Position numbers and translations under genes: made by a program
The notes under the pieces: generated by a model
Told to the model about the DNA's origin: nothing
The model's input: the letters and a program-made list of their open reading frames with translations, nothing else
The model's database searches: none
Source of the DNA: Blastocladiella emersonii ATCC 22665
Taxonomy: Eukaryota > Fungi > Blastocladiomycota
Direction of reading: 5' to 3'
DNA: 64,000 bases
Assembly: GCA_025594325.1 (NCBI GenBank)
Contig: JANHCV010000004.1
Location: forward strand, 1,736,001 to 1,800,000
In this document: positions 10,900 through 23,449 of the stretch, one piece after another
Layout: every line of letters begins with the position of its first letter
Numbering within the stretch: the stretch's first letter is position 1

Positions 10900-12581
10900 T
10901 TAATTCGGGTACATCTCAATCAGGAAGCGAAAGAGGCGACGGCCATCAACTAAAACAGGTCGGGCCGCGTGGTACAGGTCAATATCCCAGTCGTCATTGC
11001 GCATCCCGCAGGGAACGGCCATCGGTTCCGTCCGGTCCCCGATACTTGTGTCTCGAACGCAAACGTGCGACGAGCGCACCGGAGAGCAGAAGGCTAGATC
11101 GCGGGCGCTTGGGCCCACCGTGTAGAAGACGCATCGCGTCTGATACATGGCCTCATGGCGGTGATCAACAACGCGACCTGTCTTGCGGGCGACACGAAAC
11201 CTGTTCAAAAGGAGGCGAGTTAGTTAGTTAGTTGGCCAGAGCGGATAAGCGAGCACGCCCAAGAGCTCAACGTACTCTGACACGCCGATGATAATATGTC
11301 CAGGTTCATCAGCGACAGGCTTGGGATGAAAGTTGACTTGCCACCAAGACCCGGCAAGAAAACGAGGCCCGAATGTGTAGGACTTGCTCCAGTCCGGATC
11401 AGCCGTCAGGTCGAGCTCAATGGGAATGCGCAGGACCGGTCGGCGAATCGCGTAAACATCATTCATGAGCGAAGCGACCGGGTCCATGCCGTCCGTGCGC
11501 CCGCTATCAGGGCCACAATAATGGTCGTCGCCCACATCGTTAGGCAACCAACCATCGGGAAGCTTCGTATCGACAGGCTTGGCGGCGGTAATCGCCTTCA
11601 TGAGGGCAAGGTGCTCGTACGCAGCCGATTTGACGTACATGCGAAAGAGCGGATCACGGATTGCAAGAGGAGAAGTCACGGCAAGCTGCAATTCGTCTGT
11701 AGAAAAGGCGTGGAAGCCCACAACGCGGACGATATCCGCGACAGCCATGTCAAAGTCGCACATAAACTTGAACCGAGCAAATTCCGAGGGGGCCCAGAAG
11801 TCGACCTTGTTCAGCACCTTGCGTACAAGCTGCGCGGGACATTTCTCGAGAATATGACGCGTGATTGGATGCGGACCGAGGAACTTGAGGTGGGCGACGG
11901 TTGTGTCAAGGAGCGAGCGCATGGGAGCTGGCACGGCGACTGCGTCACAGTAGATGAGCACCCGGGACGCGAGATCAATGAAAGATGTCGGTAGCGGGTC
12001 GGCAGTCGCAGCACAGTCTGCGAGCAAGGCAAAGTAATAGCTGCAGCACGCGTGTACGAGATGGTCCAAGTCTGCGTCGGGAAGCGCGAGCTCGCATTCA
12101 GTCCAGAGATTATGTTCGAAAGCAGCGAGTAGAGCGTACCAAAGTACGATCCGGCCTCGAGGTGATCCAGCAAATTGTCGGGGGTGATGCGCGATGCAAT
12201 CAGCGTCTCGCACCCGCCGTAGAGCGCGACGAGCACCGTCTCCCACGCATAAATCGTGCGCTGAAGGATATGGGCATCGTTGTTGCCACCGGCACGGGTA
12301 ACATCGGAGAGCATAAATTCGAGGCGAAGCACGCAACCCTCGGTCGGGGCGTGCCAGACGTCGTCCAGCAGAGCAGCAAAGAACGGGCACTGGATCAGGA
12401 CGTCACGATGCAAAGAGTAGGTCCGGCCATGCAGCATGAGGCTAAGATCTGCCTGTCGCCCGTCGCAGCCGAGAGCCCGAAAGTGGCGGACGAGCGGGAG
12501 GACTTTCGCGGTGCACTTGCACTCGGTCGCGAGCGTGTCCCGGAAAGACACGAGCTTGGTCGGTTCATCAGATTGCTCCAT
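10900..12581 (-). CDS. BTB/POZ-BACK protein with MATH-like C-terminus (germ-cell-less-like), 3 exons
   Basis: ADLSLMLHGRTYSLHRDVLIQCPFFAALL..W BTB start; FWAPSEFARFKF BACK-like; FGPRFLAGSWWQV MATH-like; lower GC than neighbours. Confidence 0.7.
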
Positions 12582-12930
12582 GTTAGACGGTTGTTGAATA
12601 CATGGGTTGCATAGAGGACAAGTTGGAAGAGAGCAGAGTACTTCAAGCGGCCAGGCATGAGAAGTGGCGTCGACCTGGGCATCAACCCCGCTTGCACGCA
12701 CGTCAAGTAGACCACGCCACGAGCGCTCACCACGCTGCCGACAGGGATGCTGCCGCCGAGCAGGGGCTGGGCGCACGAGAGCGAGTTGACGGCGTTTCGA
12801 GAGCGACGGGGAGCACCGTTACCGCTGCAGCAGCGCGACGAGCACGCTGCACGCGTCGCCAACAAGGTATGTATGGCAAGAGTAGCGTGGTTTGGATGAA
12901 GACATGCATTAAATAATCACCAGTCCACGT

Positions 12931-15160
12931 CTACCGCGCCTGCGGGTACTGCTGCTGCTGCTGCTGGCCCGGGGCCGCGGTTGGCCCAGGCGCCACGGCC
13001 GCGGGCTGCGGCTGCGCGTACCCGACCTGCTGCTGCTGCGACTGCGGCTGCTGCGCGGGGTACATGGCGACAGGTGCGCCGGCGGTGGTGGGCGGCATGA
13101 TTTGCTGCTGCTGGGCGGGACCGGGGACCGGGACGACCTGCATCCCCGCGAGCATGGGGCCGGGACCCGCTGCCGCGACGGGCTGAATCTGCTGCTGCTG
13201 CTGCTGGGTCGCGACGGGCATGGGCTGCTGGAGCGGCAGGGCCGAGGTGGTACCGGGCGCGGCGCGATACGCTGGGTTGATCTGCTGCGGGTGCTGGGCG
13301 ACGACGGGCGACTGGAGGGGCTGCTGATGTTGTTGCTGCTGTGCCGCGTACTGCTGCTGCTGCGCGATCTGCTGTGGTGGCGGACCCTGGGCGGGCTGCT
13401 GCTGCTGATACTGAACCGCACCTCCCGCCGCGGGGTTCGGCGAGAGCGGACCACGTTGCTGCGCCTGAGCTTGCTGCTGGGCGGCGGCGGCCGCCTGCAA
13501 CTGCTGCATCTGGAGCGCATGCTGCTGCTGTTGTTGCTGGTACTGGAGCTGCTGCTGCTGCTGCTGATACTGGAGCTGCTGCTGCGTCAACTGCTGCTGA
13601 GGCTGAGCGACGGGCTGCGCGCGCTGCTGCTGCTGCTGCGAGGCGGGCTGGGACTGTGAGGGCACGCGGACCGGGTTCGCAATGGGCCGCTGCTGCATCT
13701 GCATCTGCTGGTGGGCGACCTGCGGCTGCGCGGCGACCGGCGGGTTCGCAATCTTAGCGGCGGCGGCGCGAGCGAGCGCTGCGGCCTTGGCGGCCTCGGC
13801 CTGCTTAGCGGCGGCGATGGCGTTCGGGTCGGGCAGGGTGCCGCGTACGGCGCCAGCGGGCCGTGGTGCGGTGACGAGGGCGCGGAGCGAGGCGAGGATG
13901 GCCGCGGACGGGGTAGCGACGGCGGTGGGCGCGTTGGCGACGAGGTGGGCGAGGGTGGACTCGATGGCGTGAGCGAGGGCGAGCTCGCGCGGGGACGGGG
14001 TGGCGGGGTCGATCTCGAGGTCCGTTTCGGGGTGATCGGACGAGACGAGGTGTGAGGCGGCCGCGACGGCGGCGGCAATGGTCGGGTCGCCGAGCACGCC
14101 GGCGCGGCGCGCCTGAAGGTCGGCGAGGGCGGTGAGGTCGGCGGCGATGGCGGCGAGGATGGCGTCAAAGTTCTCGGGGTCCTCGTTGAGCGCGGCGGTC
14201 GACTTGGGTGCGTGGTCAGTGACTGCCTCGGTCGACTCGGTGGTGGTGGCATCGGGCCCGACGTAGCACACGGCCATGGCGTCGCGGGCGTTGCGGAGGC
14301 GCTGGGCGCAGAGGACGAGGGTGTTGAGGCTGTCCGAGGACGCGATGGCGGCGTTGGATGAGTCGCGGACGGGCGCGAACGAGGCGAAGGGCCCGTGGTC
14401 GAGAAAGTCCATGGCGTTGATTTTGGCGGAGCGGAGCCAGCGGCGCGAGGTTACCATGGCGGAGGCGGCGGTGGCGGACCGCTTGCGGGAGCGCGAGGCG
14501 GCGGAGAGGGCGAGGCGGCCGAGCGGCGGCGCCGGCGTGGTGCCAGTGGTGTGCATGATGGTCATGAGGTGCGTGTTGTGCGGGACTATCGATCAAGCGA
14601 TGAGAGTAAGCGAGAGTCGGGTAGACGGGCGTGCGAGAGGCAGACGTACGCTTCCCCTTGAGGTGCGCGGTCCCGACACCGCGCGAGATGCTCGAGTAGA
14701 CGTGCGGGGTCTGGCGCGTCTCGGTCTTGTGCATGAGCACGACGGTGCGGGTCCAGGGGCGGTCGACCTCGCAGTCGCGGTCGGCGGGTGCGACGCGATG
14801 GTCGGGGTCGAGGCGGTGGTACTGCTGGGCGATGAGGCGCAGGCCGTGGCGCCAGAAGGCAACGAGGGTGTCGGCGTCGTGCGAGACGGGCGGCAGGCGC
14901 GCCAGGTGGTCGGCGCACATGCGCTCAAAGGCGTTCTGGAACGCCTGCAGCGTGGCGAATTCGCTGACGGTGTCGGCGAGCTGGCGCAGCGCGGCGGCGA
15001 GCGGGGCGGGCGACTGGGCGGGGCTGGCGAGCACCTCGACGAGCAGATCGAGCACGGTCCGCAGTGTCGTGGGCCGGGCGAACGGGGCCGCCCCGTCGGC
15101 GGTGCTCGCGGGTGCCGTCACGGGCGAGGCGGACCTCCGGGCGGGCGAGGTCGAATCCAT
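12931..15160 (-). CDS. Putative chromatin-remodeller subunit (BRD7/9 DUF3512- or Rsc58-like motif) with Gln-rich tail, 2 exons
   Basis: FLDHGPFASFAPVRDSSNAAI resembles the recalled YGPFSSFAPxYDS motif; intron about 14589-14649; long polyQ C-terminus. Confidence 0.5.
12950..13640 (-). repeat. CAG-rich polyglutamine tracts
   Basis: Many (CTG)n runs on the plus strand within the CDS. Confidence 0.85.
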
Positions 15161-15464
15161 GGTGTTGCGTGGCGGCAGCAGGCGGTGCCGATGCGTTGCA
15201 GCAAGTCGGGTGCGGCAGGCGAGACGCGATCGAGGGCAGAGGGAGGAGGCGAGACGACGACGCGAGGAAGGCCAGGCGCACGTCAGGTGGGCGCATGTGC
15301 CGTGTGGGAGCGTGACCGCGACGCGTTTTTTCTTCATCGGCAACGGGAACCGCCGGTTCGGCCGGGGCCGCTCTCAAAGCGCGCGTCGCGTTCCGCCCAA
15401 TCCCTTCTCTCTCCCCTCCCCGACCCGACGCATCGCATTCACAACCTCAACCACATCCGAGACC

Positions 15465-18400
15465 ATGGCCACGCCCGCCCGGTCGCCCTCCCCCGCCGCG
15501 GGGGCCAGCGCCGGCTCGCTGCTGGCCGGCCACCGCGCGCCGTCGCCCGACCTCGAGGCGCAGGCGCCGCTGCTCGGCAGCACGGCCCCGCGCACCGCGA
15601 CGGCGGCCCGCGCGCGCTCCGTGTCGCCCGGCCCGGCCTCGCCCGCGTCGCGCCGCGCCGCCCCGCTCGCCTTTGCCACCCCCAAGCTGCGCACCCCGCT
15701 CGAGCGCGTCCTGCTCGGCCTCTCGGTCGGCCTCTTCCTCTCGTGCGCCGTGTTCGTGGGTCTCTACGCCAGCTCGCTGCGCAACTCCAACGGCGGTGGC
15801 CCGACTCCGCCGCCGCCCGGCCACTCCATCCCTCCCGGCGCCAACCTCCCGCCGCCGTCGAACCCTCCGCACCCGCCCGGCCCAGTCCCCGTGCCGCCCC
15901 CAACGCAGCCCGCCGACACCGAGTTCTGCCTGTCGCCCGAGTGCGTGCGCTCGGCCTCGCGCCTGCTCGACTCCATGGACCTGACCGTCGACCCGTGCAC
16001 CGGTACTTTCCCACCATCGTTCCCGTGCATGCACGCCCCGCTCCGTCTCACACTCCCCCGTCCCAGACTTCTACCAGTACACGTGCGGCAACTGGGAGCG
16101 CTCGCACGACATCCCCGACAACAAGGCGCGCGTCGGCACCTTTGACGCGCTGTTCGACGCCAACAAGCGCGTCATCCAGGAGATTCTCGCGTCCGACTCG
16201 CCGCCCTCGGTCGGCCCGCTCGCCATCCCCGCCGATGCCGATGCCCCCGCCGCTGGCGACCTCGAGAAGGAGCTGTTCGCCAAGGTCCGCAGCCTGTACG
16301 GCGCGTGCATGGACGAGGAGACCATCGCCAAGCGCGGCGCCGCCCCGCTGCGCGACCTGGCCGCGCAGTTCCGGCACACGTTCAACGGCACCACATCGGG
16401 CCCGATCGACCGCGCCGTGCTCGCCGATGCCCTCGCCAAGCTGCACGACCTCGGCGTCGACGCGTTCCTCGGCGTTGGCGTCGAGTCGGACGCGCGCGAC
16501 CCGACCACCCAGTCCGTCTACGTCTCGCAGTCGGGCCTCGGCCTCCCCACCAAGGAGTACTACACCGAGTCCCGCTACACGGACGTGTACCGCGACACCA
16601 TCGCCGCCGTCTTCACCTACCTGTTCGACAAGCCCGGCGCTGCCGCCGCGGTCTCGGTCCACACCGCTGACAATCACCACAAGGTCGCCGCCGACAAGGG
16701 CCGCCACTGGACGTTCGGCCTCGGCAACCTCGAGCTCGACCTGTTCTGGGGCCGCCACCGCAAGGACAAGGACGGCAAGAAGCACCGCAAGCCGCACCAT
16801 CCCCCTGGTGACGGCGACGACAACGAGCCCAAGATCCCCGAGGACCCCGAGCACCCGCCGCGCGACCCGTCGGACCCGTCGATCCCCGAGGACCCGTCGC
16901 TGCCCAACGACCCGACCATCCCGCCCGGCGACGGTGACGACGAGGAGCCGCAGCCGTCGCGCCCCGACAAGCCGTCGCCCAAGCCGGTGCCCGGCCACCC
17001 GACGTGGACCCAGCTCGCCGCCGACATTGTCAACCTCGAGAAGGCGCTCGCGGCCATCTCGTGGTCGAGCGAGGAGCTCAGCGACCCCGTGGCCACGTAC
17101 AACCCCATGTCGCTCGACCAGCTGCAGAAGGCCTCGCCCGCGCTGCCCTGGAAGTCGTTCCTCGCCTCGCTCGCCAAGCGCAACGGCGCGACGCTGCCCG
17201 ACTCGTCCACGGTCGTGGTCGTGACGCCGAGCTACCTCGAGCAGCTCGACGTGATCATCCAGACCACGTCCCCCGCGACGCTCAACGGGTACCTGACGTG
17301 GCACGCCGTGTTCTCGGGCATGGGCAGCGTCGACCCGCGCACGCAGGCCACGCTCGACGAGTTCAAGCGCGTCGTGTACGGTCTGCAGCCCGGCGCGCGG
17401 CCGCCGCGCCCCGACACGTGCCTGCAGGCGACGGACCGCACGCTCGGGCTGGCGACGGGGCGGTGGTTCGTGGCCAAGAAGGTTCGATTTTTTTTCTAGA
17501 CATGTGTCCCGCCAGCGCGCTAACAATCAGCGCTTATTTAGTTTGCCGGCGCGTCGCGCGCGTCGGCCCGCGACATGGTCGAGCGCATCATTACCACGTT
17601 CGACGCGCGGCTCAACACGTACACGTGGCTCGACGAGCAGACGCGCGAGAAGGCGCGCGCCAAGGCCCGCGCCCTCGACCGCAAGATCGGGTACCCGGAC
17701 AAGCTCGCGGACGTGGGCGCGGTGGTCGCCGAGTACGCGTCGCTGCGCATCGAGGACGGCGACCATTTCGGGAACCTCGAGCGTGCGACGCGCGACGCGG
17801 TGCGGCACCAGTGGGGCAAGCTCGGCAAGCCGACGGATTTCACCGAGTGGGGCATGACGCCCGCCACGGTCAACGCGTACTACTCACCGACGGGGCAGGA
17901 GATCGTGTTCCCCGCGGGGATCCTGCAGCCGCCCTTCTACTCGGTCGACACGCTCGACGCGCTCAACCACGGGGCGATTGGCGCGGTGGCCGGGCACGAG
18001 CTCACGCACGCGTTCGACGTGAACGGGCGGTGGTACGACGAGAAGGGGCGGCTCGCGGACTGGTGGACCAACGCGACGGCGGCCGAGTTCGAGAAGCGGT
18101 CCAAGTGCTTCATCGACCAGTACTCGAGCTTCACCATCACGGACCCGAACGGGAACAAGGTGCACGTCAACGGCGCCCTCACGCAGGGCGAGAACGTGGC
18201 TGACAACGGCGGCCTGTCGCTCGCGTGGGACGCGTGGAAGGCCAAGCAGTCGCACGGCGACAAGACGGACCTCCGCCTCCCCGGCCTCCCAACGGTGTCG
18301 TCGGAGCAGCTCTTCTTCATCGGGTTCGCGCACGTGTGGTGCGGCAAGGCGCGGCCCGAGTACCTGCTCAACCAGATCCGGTCGGACCCGCACTCGCCCG

Positions 18401-18516
18401 GGTTCGTGCGCGCCAACGCGGCCATGCAGAACTCGCCCCAGTTTGCCTGCGCGTTCAGCTGCAAGACCGGCGCGCCCATGAACCCGCCGCCCGAGAAGAA
18501 GTGCAAGCTGTGGTAG
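15465..18516 (+). CDS. M13 family metallopeptidase (neprilysin/ECE-like), type II membrane, 3 exons
   Basis: N-terminal TM; CLSPECV..DPCTDFYQYTCGNW; VNAYY; GHELTHAFD (HExxH); ENVADNGG; DPHSP. Confidence 0.95.
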
Positions 18517-18718
18517 GAGTTTTGTTGAGTTTTGGTGATGATCGCATCGTTTTGTTTTCAACGCGCTGTCTTTGGTTGGGAGGGAGGGGAAGGGGGAGAC
18601 ACGGCGACGCGTCGCGCCACCCCCGCGTGTCCGCGACCGACCGCCGCCGCCTCCACTTCGGCACCTTACCCTCGCATCTGCACTCGCACTCACACTCAAC
18701 GCAACTTCATCCCGCTCA

Positions 18719-20830
18719 TGGCCACATTCACACGCACCCGCCCGCGGCCCGTCCCGCCGCCCCTCGCGCACCGTCACCGCCGTCTCGCGGCCACGCCGAC
18801 GTGGTCGACCGAGTACCGCGACGAGTACATGCGCGACCTGTGCATGGCGATCCGCGCCGCGGCAGGGTCGGATTCGAGCGACGATGACGGCGAGGAGCGG
18901 GCGAGGTGGAGGGGGCGGCGAGCGAAGAGTCCATCGCCACTACCGTCAAGGCGGTCGCCGTCGCGGATGCGCGCGCAGGCACGCGTGCTGTCGCTGTCGC
19001 CGACGAGGAGGCGATCGACGCCGGTTCCAGTCCAGCAGCCGGATCGGACGAGGAGTCGCTCGCCGACGCCGCGACCGCGGCCGCGCGAGACCGCGACGGC
19101 GTGTGTCTGCCGCGACTGCGACTGTGGCCGCCGAGACGCATGGGCGGACGATGTACCGACACAGTCGCGGTCGCGGCATCGCTGGGCGGGCGAGGAGGCG
19201 CGGGCCGGGCACGGTGGTCGGCGGTCGCGCTCGCGGCGGCGACGCAGCTCAAGTAGGCGGTCATCTTCAAGCAGCTCATCATCGACATCGTCGCGCGACT
19301 CGGAGTCGAGCGAAGAAGAGGAGCCCAGGTGCGTCTTTCGAGATCCGAGTGACGCGGCGGCCGACGAAGCTCACGCGTTCGCCTGCTGCGCACAGCTCTC
19401 GGCACCGTCACCGTTCTCGCCACGGCCACGGGCGCGACCCGCGGCCCGCTCCCGCTGCTCCGCCATCGAAGCGTCCCGCGCCTCTCTCCTCTGCAGCCGC
19501 ATCACGCACCACCACGACCCGTTCCCGCAGCCGCGCCGCCATCGCTCCCCTCGCGCGCCGCACCGACTCGGCCGTCTCGGTCGGGCAGCAGACATCACCG
19601 CCTCCATCACCTCCTCCGCCGCCGCGCCGTCCGCGCCGCACCTCGACCGCAACCCTGACCTCGCCCGCGACCCCGCGCGAGCCCGCCGTCGCGTACCCGC
19701 GCAACCGCGTCTTCTTCCCGTACGGCCGCGGGTCGGCCGACCACCGCACCTTCAACGTGGCCGCGCCGCCGCGCGAGGTCCACGTCGAGACGCGCGCGCG
19801 CGTCGCCCACGCCGCCGCCGCCAAGAAGGAGGCCGAGACCGCGAGACGGATCGTGCAGCGGCACGTTCCACGCGACGCGCACCCGTTTTTTGGGGGAAAG
19901 AAGATGTACACGGGCCGCCGCGCCGCGTCCCCACCTCCGCCGCCGCGCGGAGTGGATGCCGCGACGGCGTTCAACACGTCCGCCCTGCGCCGCGCGCTCG
20001 ACGACGCGGGTGCAGGTTCCGGCGCCGGCTCGGCCCGCCCGCGCGCCGGGCTGTACTCGACCGAGTACTCGCGCGAGTTCCGCGACCACTCGGCCGCGCT
20101 GTACCCGCCGCGCACCCGCTACGGGTATGCGAAAGAGGACGAGGCCACGCAGACGCCCGCGAACGCGTCGGTCCGCGACCCGCCGCCGCGTAGCGCCGCG
20201 GTCCAGACGCCTGGCGCGCGCGTCGCGAGTCCGTCGTCGCGGTACCGCGCCGCGGCGGCGTCGCGCGAGGTCCAGACGCCCGGCGGACGTGTCGCTAGCC
20301 CGTATCGCGACCCGTACGACGCGCACCGTTACCGCCGCGAGTACGACGTTCGTCGGTCGCCGCCGCCGACCTCGGTCCCCGTGTACCACGCGCCGCCGAG
20401 CTACACCTACTACCGCCCCACCCCCACCCCCTCGGCCCGCGCCCGCACCCGCGCGCCGTCGGACCCAGGCGTAATCCCGCCCGCGTACCCATGGGCGCGC
20501 CACGCGCTCGCGCCCGACGACGACGACGCCGAGTATATCGACCCGCGCACGGGCGCCGTCGTGCGCGACCCGGACGCCGACCACATCTGGCGGATCCTCG
20601 GCGAGTCGGACCCGGCGTTGCGCGACGAGGACGAGCAGCCGTGGGGCAGCGCCGGGGGTGTGCGGACGCGGTACCGGTCGGCGCCCGCGGTCGACCCGCT
20701 GGTCCCCGCCGACCTCGCGCGCGGCGCGCGGACGCCCGGGCGCGTGGTGCATAGCGGACAGGCGTGGGCGTGGTCCAGCACGCCATCGGCGTATACGAGT
20801 GGGGCGAAGCGGCGGTCGGTTGGACTGTAA
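18719..20830 (+). CDS. Low-complexity protein with CCSAP-like motifs, 2 exons
   Basis: WSTEYRDEY, VFFPYGRGSADHRTFNVAAPPREVH and LYSTEYSREF; intron about 19330-19396 joins the two frames. Confidence 0.45.
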   Translation, partial: WPHSHAPARGPSRRPSRTVTAVSRPRRRGRPSTATSTCATCAWRSAPRQGRIRATMTARSGRGGGGGERRVHRHYRQGGRRRGCARRHACCRCRRRGGDRRRFQSSSRIGRGVARRRRDRGRARPRRRVSAATATVAAETHGRTMYRHSRGRGIAGRARRRGPGTVVGGRARGGDAAQVGGHLQAAHHRHRRATRSRAKKRSPGASFEIRVTRRPTKLTRSPAAHSSRHRHRSRHGHGRDPRPAPAAPPSKRPAPLSSAAASRTTTTRSRSRAAIAPLARRTDSAVSVGQQTSPPPSPPPPPRRPRRTSTATLTSPATPREPAVAYPRNRVFFPYGRGSADHRTFNVAAPPREVHVETRARVAHAAAAKKEAETARRIVQRHVPRDAHPFFGGKKMYTGRRAASPPPPPRGVDAATAFNTSALRRALDDAGAGSGAGSARPRAGLYSTEYSREFRDHSAALYPPRTRYGYAKEDEATQTPANASVRDPPPRSAAVQTPGARVASPSSRYRAAAASREVQTPGGRVASPYRDPYDAHRYRREYDVRRSPPPTSVPVYHAPPSYTYYRPTPTPSARARTRAPSDPGVIPPAYPWARHALAPDDDDAEYIDPRTGAVVRDPDADHIWRILGESDPALRDEDEQPWGSAGGVRTRYRSAPAVDPLVPADLARGARTPGRVVHSGQAWAWSSTPSAYTSGAKRRSVGL

Positions 20831-20871
20831 AGGAGTCAAAAGTGTTTGGATATATCTCTTGTCGCCGATCG

Positions 20872-21806
20872 TTACACGGGAAGCAGCGACCGTCCGCCGT
20901 TGGCCAGCATGCCCGTCATGGCGCGCAGGCCCGCGGGCCCGCCGGGCAGGAACGACACGTAGTACCACACGAGCGCCACCGTGTGGATCACGATGAACAA
21001 GATGGTCAGGATGTAGCTGTGGATCTACGGTCCGGGAGGTCAGGGAGATGTTGGGAGAGGGACCGAGGGCAGGGGGACGTACAACGACACTGCTCCACAG
21101 TCCGCCCACCAGGGACAGTAGGTACCCGACCGTGAACGGCCACCGGTCCTTGGCGAACACGGCCGCCATGTGGCTCGGCCAGCCGCTACATGACGTACGA
21201 TACGTGTCAGCGGTGACGTCGGCGCGGCTGCGGGTAAGAGGAAGTACCGCAGGAACCCGATCGACGAGAAGAGCAGCGCCGACCCGATGCACGACAGGAA
21301 CGCAAACTTTTGCGGCGCGATCACGACCATGGGCAGCATGAAGAACGACTACAGGCGCCCTCGCGGCGTGAGACCGCGTCGTAGCGGTACCGTCGCGCCG
21401 AACGGTACGTACAATCATGAAGAAGAGCAGCCCGCCGCCGGTACAACACGCGAACGCAATGAACCGCTACACATCACGCTACATCAGCTCTCAGTTCATC
21501 ACATATCTCTCACCATCACCCTACGTTGTACGTCGACATGGGCGGAAAGCACCCGCACAGGACATCAAACACCCCGTTCCCGCTGTTCGCGCTGTTGCTT
21601 GTGCTGCTCCCAATGATCCCAGACAGCAGCCCGCGGCCCTCATCGGACGGGTGCGCGGCCTCGTCGTCGCGCATCGACGACAGCCACCGCTGCGGGTTGA
21701 TGCTGCCCAGGACACCGCCCGTGTTGGTCGGCGCGGGTGCCGTTGGGGCCGCGGAGCCGCGCGACTGGAACGCGCGTAGCGACGACTGGAATGCCGATTC
21801 GGCCAT
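20872..21806 (-). CDS. SFT2: SFT2/Got1-family vesicle transport membrane protein, multi-exon
   Basis: MLPMVVIAPQKFAFLSCIGSALLFSSIGFLRG..DRWPFTVGYLLSLVGGLWS..YILTILFIVIHTVALVWY. Confidence 0.8.
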
Positions 21807-22156
21807 GTTACGTTGCAGTGTGTGGAGTGTCGAGGTAGCGGAGGGGAAGGGAGGGGAGGGAAGAAGAGCAAGGGAGGGCAGCAGCGGCGCCGCGTGGCGA
21901 AGGGCGCGTCGCTCTCGTCCATGGCGACGCCACGTGCGCTTCCGTCTTCATGCAGACTCTGATGATCGATGCCTCGCGGAGACATCGGTGACGCGTCGAG
22001 CTGGGTGGGTGTGTAAGGAGGCGATTTTGAATTTATTGCGCAGCCCGCGCGCGCCCCGACGCTATACGACAAGGGTCATCGGGGACGGGCGAGAGCGGTG
22101 GTGGTGGTGGTGGGGAAATGACAAGGGAGGGAGGGAAGGACGACAAACAGCGACGC

Positions 22157-22934
22157 TTAGAGGGCGAGCTCCTCGCGGGTCTCGACGCCGAGCTGCTCGC
22201 GGAGCGACTTGGTGGCCTCGAGGTACTGCTTGTACTGCGAGTCGGAGGGGCACTTCTCCTTGAGGCCGGCGAAGACGCGCACGGCGGTCGGGTAGTCGTT
22301 GACGCGGCGGCACGCGGCGAGGGCCGCCTCGACGATCTCGACCGACGGCACCAGGTCGTACGAGAAGGCGTTGTTGAGGCCGCGCTGCACCTCGAACAGG
22401 TCCTCGGCCTGCTCGAAGAAGGTCACGTACTTCTTGGTGAACTCGTCGAACGACAGGTTCTCGTCCGAGTGGGCAGAGTACGAGCGCACTACGCGGTGGG
22501 CGGGGAGGGTGAGCGGAGGCTCGGGCCGACGTGCAGTCGACGACGCATTGGGGGCCATCTCAGGGAGGAGCGGAGGGACAGGATCCGGTTGGCGTGCGGA
22601 CCGCGGCGTGCGTGAACGTGCAGGTCGAGATCGCAGACGAGTGGCACAGCAGCACGCGCCACCAAACGATGGCAATAGTCGATGCATGGTGTTGATAACA
22701 TGGCCTCGATGCGGCATTATTGTCGAGTCCCCTCGGCGCGTAGACCTCGACGAGCGCGCGGCGATCGGAACGAACGCCGGGCAATCCCTCCTCCTCCATG
22801 TCCTCCTCCCCGAGATGGCGCACCCGAGGCGCGCAAGGTCAAGCGGGGTGCCGCCACGTACCAGAGAGGGCGGCGGGGCGGGCGGCGATGGCCAGCTTGG
22901 TCGAGCGAGCGATGGTCCGGGCGACGGCGTACAT
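22157..22934 (-). CDS. COX6: Cytochrome c oxidase subunit VI (Va family), 2 exons
   Basis: DLFEVQRGLNNAFSYDLVPSVEIVEAALAACRRVNDYPTAVRVFAGLKEKC. Confidence 0.95.
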
Positions 22935-23449
22935 GGCGAATGCAGGGGGTGGTGGGCAGGGGAGAATGTAAGCAAGGAAGTTATCACTCGTCGGCAAGGG
23001 GGCGGGCGGGCTCGCGGTGCGATGCGACTTGTGCCACCACGCCTTCAGCCTCTCTCCTCGGACCAAGGGAGGTCGCCGGAACAGAGTTTTGCGTGCGAGG
23101 CAGAGCATCTACTGACCTCACGTGCGCTGAACCGGGTCATTCCGATACCGCTCGGTTACGTCATCTCGCTGCCTATAACTTAAATAGTTCGCTTGGGCTA
23201 TGATATATTTCGCTTGAGGCTCCGGAGACTACTTGTGCAATATTCTAGCGAGAGGAGCGCTATCGCGCAGAGTCCCGTCATTTGCATCGGCGCGGCCTGA
23301 CCGCGGGTTTGTGCTCGCCACCTCCCCCACTCGTCTTCGCGATGGAGATCCGCCCGCCGATGCCGCGACCACGCAAGGGAAAGTAACGCACACGTATCGC
23401 TACCCGCGTCTCCCTGCAACGCCCGCCCCTGCTACGGATCAACCTCACC

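Noticed and set aside
14276-17224. 982-aa plus ORF and similar very long ORFs (43621-46392 +, 46668-50855 -, 34090-36432 +, 8578-10224 -)
   Set aside because: Antisense or off-frame shadows of real high-GC3 genes; Arg/Gly/Ala-rich with no motifs.
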